DNA from: Catajapyx aquilonaris
Taxonomy: Eukaryota
Assembly: GCA_000934665.2 (NCBI GenBank)
Contig: KZ538435.1
Location: 62,001 to 108,209, forward strand
DNA length: 46,209 bases
Direction: 5' to 3'
Shown: positions 36,986-46,209 of the stretch, piece after piece
How positions within the stretch are numbered: position 1 is the stretch's first letter
Layout of the letters: every line of letters starts with the position of its first letter
Made by a program: the position numbers and the translations under genes
The notes under the pieces: generated by a model
Seen by the model: the letters and a program-made list of their open reading frames with translations, nothing else
The model's database searches: none
Told to the model about the DNA's origin: nothing

Positions 36986-37667
36986 CTGAGGCGAGAAGAG
37001 CCATCCAGAAGCATCGCACGTTGTGCATTCCTGGTCTACTGAATTACTAGAGCCATTTGGCCTACTTCTCAAGTGAGACACCTGGATCAATGCCCTTTTC
37101 CTAAGTTCATTACATAAACGTATAAAGTTTGTCTCCAACTTGAAGAAAGTTCGATCAAAAATAATGAAGTTTTGGGAAAGTTTCACTGAATTATTCATCC
37201 TTTAAGTTATTCTTAGGGGTGCGAGTGAGCAGTGGATCACTTCGGAAATGGTAAGCATAGCTTCAAGTGGCACATGTTCCAATATATTACAGTAGCTCAT
37301 CGCGCTACCCTTTTTCGTTCGGTCGCATTACCGTCGCATACATGCATCGGTTTACTGAAAAATTTACACATAAATCGAGCATTCAGATGAGAGTTCCGTT
37401 TGGAAGTACCGGTATGTCCTGTACGATTGCAAGGAATGGAAATAACCACGCTATTTATGCTAATAAATCGCACGGAGCCGCAATACTCACAGGGCCATTT
37501 ACTATGACAAAATTATCTGTGAAGCACGTTGTTTCATTTCGGATATCTTTGGAGTAACGCCTTCTTGAATATCATCCTGCTTTATATGTGAAAACTTGAC
37601 ATGCGTGGTGCAAGAGGGTAGCTTGTTTTATCTTGCACATTATTCAGCAATTTCCGGTTAAGTACAT

Positions 37668-37905
37668 CTACATCACGGTCATATAAGTAAGGTCTGGTCA
37701 TTCCCACCCATCACCCCCTGTCGGGGCGTTTTGCAGCGGGTGCTCACCTGAGATCGCCATGAGACATTTCGGAGCCCAATAAGTGGCGACCCTACCTGAT
37801 TAGGCTGAACTTTATAGGTACGAAAGGGAAGCGCTACATGCGGGCCCAACATGGCCGCAGCACCCGCTGCAAAATGCCTCGGCAGGTGATAACACCAGAA
37901 TGTAG
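37668..37905. mobile_element. MITE with inverted arms
   Basis: CCTGTCGGGGCGTTTTGCAGCGGGTGCT (37717-37744) vs AGCACCCGCTGCAAAATGCCTCGGCAGG (37859-37886): 28 bp, 3 transitions. Outer matches ATCACC/GGTGAT and CTACAT/ATGTAG. Outer boundaries are approximate. Confidence 0.7.
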
Positions 37906-38303
37906 TATAAGTGTCCGGGGGCTGATCTACGTATACATACATATGTTCCAGAATATATGCCAGGTTTCGAAACATGCCTTATGTACAGTATACAGTACAC
38001 AGTACAGCCAGTACGTTGGTCATCGCGTATGCGTAACTGCCGGCTGAAGGCTTGGCATTTCTCGCGCATAGGTACATATTAGATTTGTTTGGACCAATGA
38101 CTTCACTGATGACGGCAGGATGACGCACTTGTGAAACCAGCTTTATGACCGCAAACACAAACTGTAAGTTTGCCCATTATTATTAACTACAAAAAAAATG
38201 TCGGTAAATCATTGCAGAAATGTTCAGATTTCAGTATTATGCCGCAGGTCAGCCCTCTTTCTATCATCACCCATCACGTCATCATGGATAATAAAAATTC
38301 AAC

Positions 38304-38553
38304 AAGACCTGATAGCAAAAAGGGCAGATGTCATGAAAAATGCAAATTGCAGATAGCGACGCCAAGTGGTAGTCAGTAGCAATGCGGAGGTCCCCACAAA
38401 TTCCATTCCGTGAAAATGGCAGTAGTCTGGTAGAAATAATATAATAATAATAATAGAATAATATCACCTGGCTGCATGGGAAGCAGGGAAGTTTTTCTTT
38501 GTTTTCTCGAAACTATCCATCATTGACATCTGCCCTTTTTGCTATCAGGTCTT
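38304..38553. mobile_element. 250-bp MITE with perfect 30-bp terminal inverted repeats
   Basis: AAGACCTGATAGCAAAAAGGGCAGATGTCA (38304-38333) is the exact reverse complement of 38524-38553. No obvious TSD, so superfamily not assigned. Confidence 0.8.
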
Positions 38554-41200
38554 CAATTGCTATTCTTTAAATTGGTGGCTGGAATAAATCCCATTCTTAT
38601 ACTGCAGACTTGAGCAGTGCACCACCCTGTGTTGTGTTTTGCTGTATTCAGGACATATCAGTAACTACCTGAATTACGACATACAGTATAGGGAAATATG
38701 CATTTTCCGCTTTTCAGAGCGAATGAATATTACCATCGAGAGTCAAGTTGAAGGAAGCTGTTATGCTATGCAGCAGATTGTTCAGTTCCAGTTTGATTAC
38801 ATCCAATCATGTTTGGAGTGTAATTACTCCAATGGCACAAAATATTACAAGTGCAGAGATTTCTGAGTGTAATCAGACCATTTTCAGGTCCAAAATTTAA
38901 TTGGACTTGTGGAATTCCCTGCACCGTACTTTAATTGGAAATGGGCTTTGGGAGAGGGTTGTGTAATCTCCCCCGCCCCCTCCACCCCAATAATCGCTGG
39001 CACTACATTTGTTCGGAACGACAAATGCGGTTTTCATACTACCATATTTTGCTTGAACCTTCAATTAATCTTTCGACATTCGACTCGTGAAAAATGTCCA
39101 CCGACTTGAGATACGCAATATGTTATGGTACGGTACATTCAAACCAACTGAAACAATGTAAAAAAAAAAGGTAATGATATATGCCAATGGGCAGTCAATT
39201 ATATTGTCTTCCTTTGAAAGTTCAGCTATTTAAATCGCATTTAATTACATTCCGGAACTCTCTTGTAATGAAACTATTACAGTGGCTGCTGACAAAACGA
39301 CTAGATCTCCATTGGAAATGTGCCGCATCAGATGAGTGTGTATTATCATTAGCAAGGAATCGATAACACTATTGCTTATTTATTGTTATCGTAAGCTATT
39401 CTTACGTATAAGCTTATATACTGTATCTACTGTATATGACCCTATTTGCAGAACATTAATATAAGGAAACTACTACGATATATTATTTTGTTACCGGCCA
39501 TATCTTAATGCTTTTGGGATTAGATAGAATGATGAAAAATAGATAATGATTATCGGAAACTAGACTGTGCCATTACTTAATAGGCCTATCTGATTTTTTG
39601 AAATGAGAAGTTACAAGTATACGGTATATTTATGCTTCAGACCATCTTCAGCTCTCTTTTATTTAAATAATTCATTGCATAAAGACTCACGCATTACCCC
39701 CACTTACTTCTTGTCAGTGGGTGTAAGTAGTGGCCCTTTAACTGTTCATGACTTCCTGTCATTAAAAGGAAAGCCATTTCCTGACATTACCATAACCTAA
39801 TCTACATAATGCTACACAATATTGCGTAGATATACTCGTCATAAAACAATTTTAGTATGTGCGTATAATTACGCCTGATAAAATGTAGGCAAAGCCATAA
39901 AGTGCCTGCTATACGAGTAAGAAAATTCCGGTTGTGCATATCAGAATATACAATGCCATGGCCGGGGAAAGTCTAAAAATATTAATAGGAAACATCCTTC
40001 AAGGGATGAGATAATATGCAAACACCTCAACCGTTAAATGACATTGAAATCTACGCAGTGTTTTAACTCTGTCTCTCAAAACGGTCATCATCCATCTGCC
40101 GTGATCCCGACATTTGGACTGTAAACATGCAATTGGATGCCATCTGTTGGGAAGTGGTGGCGACGTCAAAAAATAGCTGAAGCCAAACACATGCCAGCCT
40201 GGGTCTGAGCAAAATAAATTTCCCACCTTCATTTCTCCAATAGTCCGCTTGCAGGTGCGTGCACAAAAGGCGCTTTGGAACAATCATCAGCTATTAATTT
40301 CGAAAATTAGCTCGTGAACTGCAAACTTGGGTACGGCGTTTATCTTACAGACGTAGGTGGTAAATTAGAAGTGTTCCAGTTCGGCTGGTAATAAATCTCG
40401 CTTCAAATCCCGCCTCTGGGGAGAACGCACATTGTTAAGGCACCCACTTAAGATTCCTTGCAAGTAAGCTAACTAAAGCAGCACGCATTAAGCTAAAGTT
40501 GACAACAACAAAACACAGGAAATTCCTTGCTATAGATGATTTTAAATGAGGGCTTCCGTCGTAATTATGTTTTCCTAATCAGATTTATAGTCTGATGAAA
40601 CTTCTTCCGCGAAAGACTAGAGTGGGTAACGCCTATTTCCCAATAAAATTTAATTTCCCCTCCCGAAAGGTGAGGGGGAAGGAGACCCAGCAAGTGCACT
40701 ATACCCTGGAACACGGAAAATCTATTGCTGCGCGTCCCCTCCAGCATTATGAATGCCCCTAAAGGGCTGCTTCTTGAACACACAACCTATACCTACTTTC
40801 AAATATTCCAAAATTTTATTAGCATTTTCCAGGTATTAGTTCGGCGTAACTATTTCCTAAATTTTTATTTTTAAATTGTAAATATTGTATAAAATAATGT
40901 ATCATAATAATAATTGAAGCGTTTAATGATGCCATAGGCTTCAGATAGCCAAGCAAACAACTTGTTGTCAAAATAATCTAGGCTATGTGTATAGCCTATA
41001 TAGTCTTGAAGTTATGAAAGAAAAGTAGGGTACCGGTAGCAGTACACACATCATTGGACTCATTTTGTGTACGGCTTTCATAGCAAGCAAGCATAATCAT
41101 CCTCTCTTCCTTCATTTCCTTGCGTCCATAATTTAGTCATCTCCTGCCTCCAATCCTGAGCACAAGAAAATTACATCACTCTCAACGACAACTAGCACTA

Positions 41201-41801
41201 CCGTCAAACGGGGATGACGTTGGCCGCTAGGGTGAACTTGGCCACAATTCAAAAAATCTCATTATAATGAATATTTAAGCCATGAGACTTTCAATCACAT
41301 CATGCCATTACAGCAGCGCTTACCATGTTGTACACCAAAAAATTCACCTGTGCCACCATATAGGTGAGCAAGGAAATAAATGTTAAAGAATAAAGTCCAC
41401 CCCCATGAAACCACCCAATTTTCATAATGTGCAAACTTTATTTTGCAAATCAAGATATTGAGAAGCAAGGATCCATTTTAAAGAGATGAAGGTGAACCTT
41501 TCCAGTGGTGGTAATATGTATTACGGCTTATAAATATCGTTCCTTAAAAACACATTTAAAAATTCCTAACAGAACTCGTTTCCCACAGTGCATTTGTAAT
41601 GGCAAAATTAGATGACGTCAGAAAATTTCCTACGCACCATTGTGCACAGAAAAAATTTCTTTGTACTCGCCCTTTTGCCCAGCGTGGTCTAGCTAACACC
41701 TGATAAAAAATTTCACAGTTGTGGTTGTGGGTTAATATCTTCACACTTATACCGTATCTTCGTAAAACGGAAATTTTGGACCAAGTTCACTCTGTTTGAC
41801 G
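41201..41801. mobile_element. pogo/Tc1-like non-autonomous element
   Basis: TA|CCGTCAAACGGGGATGACGTTGGCC with subterminal repeat GGGTGAACTTGGCC. Right end GGACCAAGTTCACTCTGTTTGACG|TA. TA flanks on both sides. Confidence 0.7.
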
Positions 41802-42989
41802 TATCGTCATGTCTTTCATCACAAGGGAATTAGTTTCAGATCTTTAAAATGAGTTTTAAAAAACTTCAGGGGCATCATAAGTCATTTCGACATACTGCTA
41901 TTTTTGCACTGTCAAGTTTGGGAGTTAGTTTACATGCAATGTTGGAAATCGCACAAATTTTTGAACTGCGTGGAATTCATAGGGCCCGGGACTTTATGTA
42001 ATTAATAGGCCTACCGGTACATCAGTAATTTGTACAGCCTCGTCCATAACTCGTCCATAAAGGAAGACATTTTTACGGTTAGGGCTTGCCTGTGGAGAAC
42101 ACAGTGACTATTGTTGCACTCCTTGGATTTTTTTATTTATTCTGCTGATAGCTCTGACAGTCTGACCCGGTCTGACCTGTGTCATTATTTCGCCTTCGGC
42201 CCAAACTGTGCATATACATCGATATTGCAGTTGTTCCATGAAATACCATTTGAGATGAAAAATTCGCCTAATAAACTAAAAATGTAGGCGCTGTTATGAA
42301 CACAACAGAGACTAAATTTTTTTATAGTTTATCAGACAACGACTGGGCCAGACGCTTGTGTTTTCAAACAGCTCCTCCGTTGACCGAACGGGCTCGCTCA
42401 GAAGCGAAAAGCGCTGTTGGCAAATGTACATGTATTTCAAAATATCACCAGCAATAACTGCCTAGCAGATTCTTCTTCTGTACTTTAATATTACCTTTTA
42501 TTTAAAACAGTGTTGCAAATAAATCAATTGTACTCTTGATTTCAGCAAGTGTTACTAGATTTGCACAATAGATGGCAGTGCGGATGCGCCATCTTGGTGC
42601 TCGCTCTCGTAAGAACATGCAGAAGAACTATCAGTATATCACATGTTCACTGCCTCTGATTGCCAGTGCATTGTTTGTCCTGGGAAGGCCGAGGTTGCAT
42701 GATTCGTTCTGTTTGAGGGACCAACACGCAACACCCTGGAGATGTTGCTTAAGGAGTATCGGATATGTATGCCTTTGAGTGTTGAGGAGGTATGTGTGAT
42801 CAGATTGAAAGCATTCCATAAGTCACCTTGGTTGTTTTAAGAAATGGAACGATTTTTATGAGCTTCACGCGAGTGAGTTATGGTCACCCGTTCGTGTTGT
42901 TTGAGGATTTTTTTATTGCGCAAAAACAGGGGGGGCTAGACCAGAAATGCCAGCGGAGAACAAGCAATGCTAATGTTTAAACATAGAAA

Positions 42990-43160
42990 GTTCCACCTGG
43001 CAAGACCATAAAAAGTGCATGGTAATGTTCAGGTATGCACCAGCAAGTATTTGGGGAAGGTGGTAGAGATCGTAATTGGCCATGGGATCGCAACTGGTGG
43101 AACAATGGTATGCCATATGGTTGTTGGAAATAACATTATTGCCATCGATAAACACCTCTT
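42990..43160 (-). pseudogene. LINE reverse-transcriptase C-terminal fragment
   Basis: EVFIDGN ... PKYL/GAYLNITMHF (cf. PKYLGVTLDxxLTF), with a frameshift. Confidence 0.35.
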
Positions 43161-43573
43161 AAAATGTTATAGAGCTTTACTTCAGATATGCACTGGAAGT
43201 GTGAGCATAATTACCATGTGAACCAATCACTATTGGTTGTTTACTTGCACACTTCCATTGGATTTGGAATGGAATCTGTATACAGTGAAACCTGTTTAGT
43301 AGAAGTGTCCTGCAGAAAAATTTTGCTGACCTAGTAGGGCAAAAGCATTTCCTCTGTGTATGTGTTGGATTTACGGGAAGCTATCCTATGTAAAAACAAA
43401 CAACATTTTTAAGTTGCTGACTAAGAAAAACCCCATGTATACTGTACTCCCGATTATTATCCATGCATTACCCCGAAAAAATGCCTAGAAGTGAAAGTCC
43501 ACATGAATATCAATATGTCTCACAAACAACGCAATATAACATACTTTGTTATTTTGATTAAATATTAGGCTTC

Positions 43574-44756
43574 GGTGCAGTTTAGCGCCGCAAAAATCTT
43601 GCAGGTTTCTGTATATTTCCTGGATCTACGCGATGATCTGAGTCGAATGACTCTATTCCTAGAGGGCGTAAATGCTTGGTTCAGGAGTAATTGAATTATG
43701 AAATTGCAAGTAGTAACAATGAATTAAATGAAAGTAAACAAGTATTCCTTTGATGAAACTGTTCACTTCCATTGTTACGGGAGGTGATTCTCCGTGGAAA
43801 CATGCGAGCTGCCATGACAACGTGCTGTGAGACATGCTGAATGATGTAAATAAACTATTGTTTTTGGTTCGTTGGATATAGAATGAGAGTGTGGGAGTGT
43901 AATTAATTTAACATCATTCAGGAGCATTCATGGCCGAGGATATCGGTGCGTATCTGGAATTGGGCAAGCCAGGGGTTAACCACTCGACTGTCAAGTGTAC
44001 ACTGGAGTACCAAATTTAAGGAGTGCCAAGGAGTATCTGTGAGTACCACTGCAGGTGTACACCGGAGTACCGAAGTGGTTAACCCCTTGGGGAAAGCCTT
44101 CCTAGAAGTAAGGAGGGAGGATGGTGTCTCCAGCTGGGCTACTGAGGCTCAAGTCCTCTTGTGCTCCAACAAGTGTTGCCGTAAATGCATCCTAAGCTTT
44201 TTTTATTACGCAAGGCATGCCCCACGCTGATTGTGTGGGTGTCATCTGTGAGGTGTTCGAGTGACCGCACCAGTACTGTCTGTCTTGTGGCCCTGCCAGG
44301 CACGGTACGTCGCCCATACATGATCATTTTAGTTAATGCGGAGCATTAGCGGAGCTTGGCGCTTATTATGAGTTTTGAGTCCACAACATTTTATGTCTGT
44401 ATTGTGGCGCCGCAGGCCAACAAACGTTATTGTGACTTTGCCACAGCCACATCACGCAACACCCACAACTACGCCGCCACAAGGCGAACAGTAATGCTGC
44501 AAACACACAACCCCCAAATTACTTGTAAAATTACCATGCAGATTCCGTCACTCAACAATGGGAGTAAACTGTTTCAACAAAAGAACACTAGTTTATTTTC
44601 ATTTATTCATTGCTATTACATGCAATTTCTAAATTCAATTACTCTTGAACCAAACATTTCTGCACACTAGGAATACTGTCATTCGACTCAGCTCATCGAG
44701 TAGATTCAGAAAATATATAGAAACCTGCAAGATTCTTGCGGCACTAAACTGCACCC
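43574..44756. mobile_element. Non-autonomous DNA transposon with ~90-bp terminal inverted repeats
   Basis: GGTGCAGTTTAGCGCCGCAAAAATCTTGCAGGTTTCTGTATATTTCCTGGATCTACGCGATGATCTGAGTCGAATGACTCTATTCCTAG matches the reverse complement of 44667-44755 with about 10 substitutions. TSD unclear. Confidence 0.85.
43980..44078. mobile_element. 99-bp piggyBac-like MITE
   Basis: TTAA|CCACT ... AGTGG|TTAA (TTAA at 43976-43979 and 44079-44082). Internal direct repeat GTGTACAC(T/C)GGAGTACC. Confidence 0.65.
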
Positions 44757-44989
44757 TTACCAAATATTATGAAAAGGAACATATTATACACTATGTGCAG
44801 TAAATATCTGTGAATAGCTCTTTTAGGGTATCGAGAATAATTTTCCAATCATCTGTGTTTTCCAATTATCCGGACACATCCATGCATTTATTAGCACAGT
44901 TAATCAGGAGAGTGTCTGGAGTAGTGGAATAAATGCTGAATTAACCCATTTGTTCTGAAGGTTTTTCTACTGATGATATTTTAATTATA

Positions 44990-45700
44990 CAGGGTCATTG
45001 AAAAAGAATGTCCCATTTTTAAAACCCTACAACTCGAAAACTTGTAGAGATATCTTAATGATTTAAGTTGTGAAATGTTAAGAAATGTCTCAAGTTCTGG
45101 TCTCACCATAGATTGTTTCGATATGAGCTCCATTTGTCGCTCAAAAAATGTAAATCCGGTAATCGGTGTCGTGCCTAACCCCCTCAGGCATGTCTGGCGT
45201 TACTGCTGAAATCTTTTCCAGTAGGTGATGGTGGTGCCGAATCTTTTCACAATACATGTATCTCCACAAATGTCCATCAGGGTAAAATCTGGGCTTCTGG
45301 AGGCAATGGGCATGGAGAAACTTCTCATACGAGACTGCTCACGCTGGGAGGCTGAACAAATGAACAATTTCTACGGCAGGTTTATTTCATGGATGAGGCA
45401 GCTTTTGTATTTAAATCATCACGAACAATGTCAGTGGTGTAAATATCAGAGATATCCAGCTCCTATGGGATAGGATTGCAACGGTAACTGCAGATGTGAT
45501 TGAGCGGATTTGTCACAAGACCTAATACCTGCTTTTTTATCTGCCTAGCGACAAATAAAAGCTCATATCGAAACAAACTTTCGCTGAAACTAAAACTGTA
45601 GACCTTTCTGAGTATTTCAAAACTTAAATCATTCAGATATGTCTAGAAGTTTTCGAGTTATAGGGTTTTAAAAATGGGACATTCTTTTTCGATGACCCTG
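44990..45700 (-). mobile_element. Non-autonomous Tc1/mariner (DD37D/maT-like) element with ~150-bp inverted arms and C-terminal transposase remnant
   Basis: TA|CAGGGTCATTGAAAAAGAATGTCCC ... GGGACATTCTTTTTCGATGACCCTG|TA. Minus-strand peptides IVRDDLN, ASRSPDFTLMD (cf. WPPRSPDLTPLD) and ISAVTPDMPEGVRHDTDYRIYIF*ATNGAHIE (cf. VTPDMLxRVWxELDYRxDVCRATNGAHIE). Confidence 0.92.
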
Positions 45701-45759
45701 TATTTTAAGGCATGATTTAAAAGGCCAAAAACGAGATGCAAGCACTGAAATGTGATATA

Positions 45760-45845
45760 CAGTGAAACTTCTATAAGTCGAATCTCCATGGGACTGAAAA
45801 AAAACTTCCGAGTTATAGAAGATTCAAGTTAGAGAAGTTTGGAAT
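45760..45845 (+). mobile_element. Left end of a pogo/Tigger-like element
   Basis: TA|CAGTGAAACTTCTATAAGTCGAA with a downstream inverted subterminal motif CGAGTTATAGAAG. The partner end is not in the window. Confidence 0.5.
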
Positions 45846-45862
45846 TTTTAAAGCACATTTAA

Positions 45863-46209
45863 GGGGCGATAGCCCCTTAGTAAGACCGTAGCATAGATTT
45901 CAACAATGAATTTCTTCAACATCATCTTCTTGTTACGTTTTTTTTATTCGCCCTAACTCAAGTTCTGCTGTAGGTAGAGCTTCCAAATTTTGAACACAGA
46001 TCCCCACCGTCGTGAAGTGCATTCCTACCATTTACGGCTAAACTCAATTCCTCTTCAAAACGCCGCAAAAAATTAAAAACCACCAAAAAATACGTCTATA
46101 TTTTTTTGCTCAATAACTATTCGGAATTCGGTTCCTTCATCAAAAGGTCGAAGGTGCAGTGGGATGGTGCGGATCTATGTTCAAAATCTCACAGTTCCCA
46201 CTGCTACAG
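45863..46209. mobile_element. DNA transposon/MITE with long internal inverted repeat, truncated by window end
   Basis: Begins after TTAA (45859-45862) with GGGG. CTGTAG...ATTTTGAACACAGATCCCCACCGTC (45968-46010) pairs with GATGGTGCGGATCTATGTTCAAAAT...CTACAG at the window end. Confidence 0.55.

Noticed and set aside
40591..40632. CTGATGA...CGAAA as hammerhead or SECIS
   Set aside because: No stem II pairing or cleavage-site helix for a hammerhead, and no 3' GA quartet for a SECIS.

Overview
AT-rich eukaryotic DNA, most likely intronic or intergenic sequence from an invertebrate draft assembly (N-gap at 5046-5169). An arthropod or hemimetabolous insect is inferred from the SINE and mariner types. 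There is no prokaryotic-style gene cluster, CRISPR array, rRNA or bona fide tRNA gene, and almost all ORFs in the supplied track look like noise. The window is dominated by transposon-derived sequence: six well-preserved tRNA-derived SINE copies of three related designs (five with visible target-site duplications), two Tc1/mariner derivatives with long mirrored arms, a hAT element, several MITEs (Harbinger-, pogo- and piggyBac-like), a nearly full-length but heavily decayed Penelope-like ORF, and small LINE and LTR remnants. One 104-nt minus-strand segment looks like a real host exon of unknown identity. The most interesting signals are (i) a modular SINE set in which heads and tails have been swapped while several RNA hairpins are kept through compensatory changes, (ii) mirrored 5'-5' and 3'-3' mariner derivatives, and (iii) an excess of TA-CAG-TA / TA-CTG-TA motifs resembling transposon excision footprints. 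I found no convincing wholly new multi-gene system. All family assignments are by eye from remembered motifs, not from database searches.
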